A stretch of DNA of 34,965 bases from Lama guanicoe (lineage: Eukaryota): positions 1,242,826-1,277,790 of the forward strand of contig MU053561.1 of assembly GCA_013239625.1 (NCBI GenBank). Direction: 5' to 3'. The translations under genes and the position numbers were made by a program. Within the stretch, counting starts at the first letter, position 1; each line of letters begins with the position of its first letter. This document shows, in pieces, positions 34,898-34,965 of the stretch. The notes under the pieces are model-generated. The model made no database searches. It was given only the letters and a program-made list of their open reading frames with translations, and was not told where the DNA came from.

Positions 34898-34965
34898 TTT
34901 TTTTTTTTACATTTTTTATTGATTCATAATCATTTTACAGTGTTGTGTCAAATTCCAGTGTTCAG
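34898..34965 (-). mobile_element. 3' tip of a young LINE-1 of the same family as 25358-26441, running off the window edge
   Basis: The reverse complement (cactggaatttgacacaacactgtaaaatgattatgaatcaataaaaaatgtaaaa) closely matches 26383-26440. Confidence 0.9.

Noticed and set aside
1..34965. Prokaryotic-type systems (CRISPR, operons, retrons), tRNA or rRNA genes
   Set aside because: The sequence is mammalian and no repeat-spacer array or structured RNA gene was seen. The RT next to TYMS is ordinary LINE-1, not a linked system.

Overview
AT-rich, repeat-dense mammalian genomic DNA. It is probably camelid or another non-ruminant cetartiodactyl: the youngest LINE-1 3' ends resemble camelid L1 as I recall them, and I see no Bov-B, Bov-tA, Alu or B1 elements. 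I can support no spliced protein-coding gene. The one gene-derived feature is a full-length, intronless processed copy of thymidylate synthase (TYMS) on the minus strand (about 2936-4421), with target-site duplications (TSDs) and a poly(A) tail decayed into a microsatellite. Its 313-codon frame (4378-3437) is still open, but the ATG has become CTG and several active-site residues are substituted (human numbering E87G, R176I, H196P, Q214E, R215W). Most of the rest is layered transposable elements: LINE-1 of several ages (including a 5'-inverted twin-primed insertion nested in an older L1), L2, MIR, MaLR/ERVL LTRs and hAT MITEs. The most interesting unexplained signal is a diverged direct repeat (10975-11021 vs 13834-13880, 41/47 identical), set in two segments that faintly resemble an ancient L1/Tx1-type reverse transcriptase. 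I found no convincing novel biological system. Repeat subfamily names come from my memory of consensus sequences, and their boundaries are approximate.
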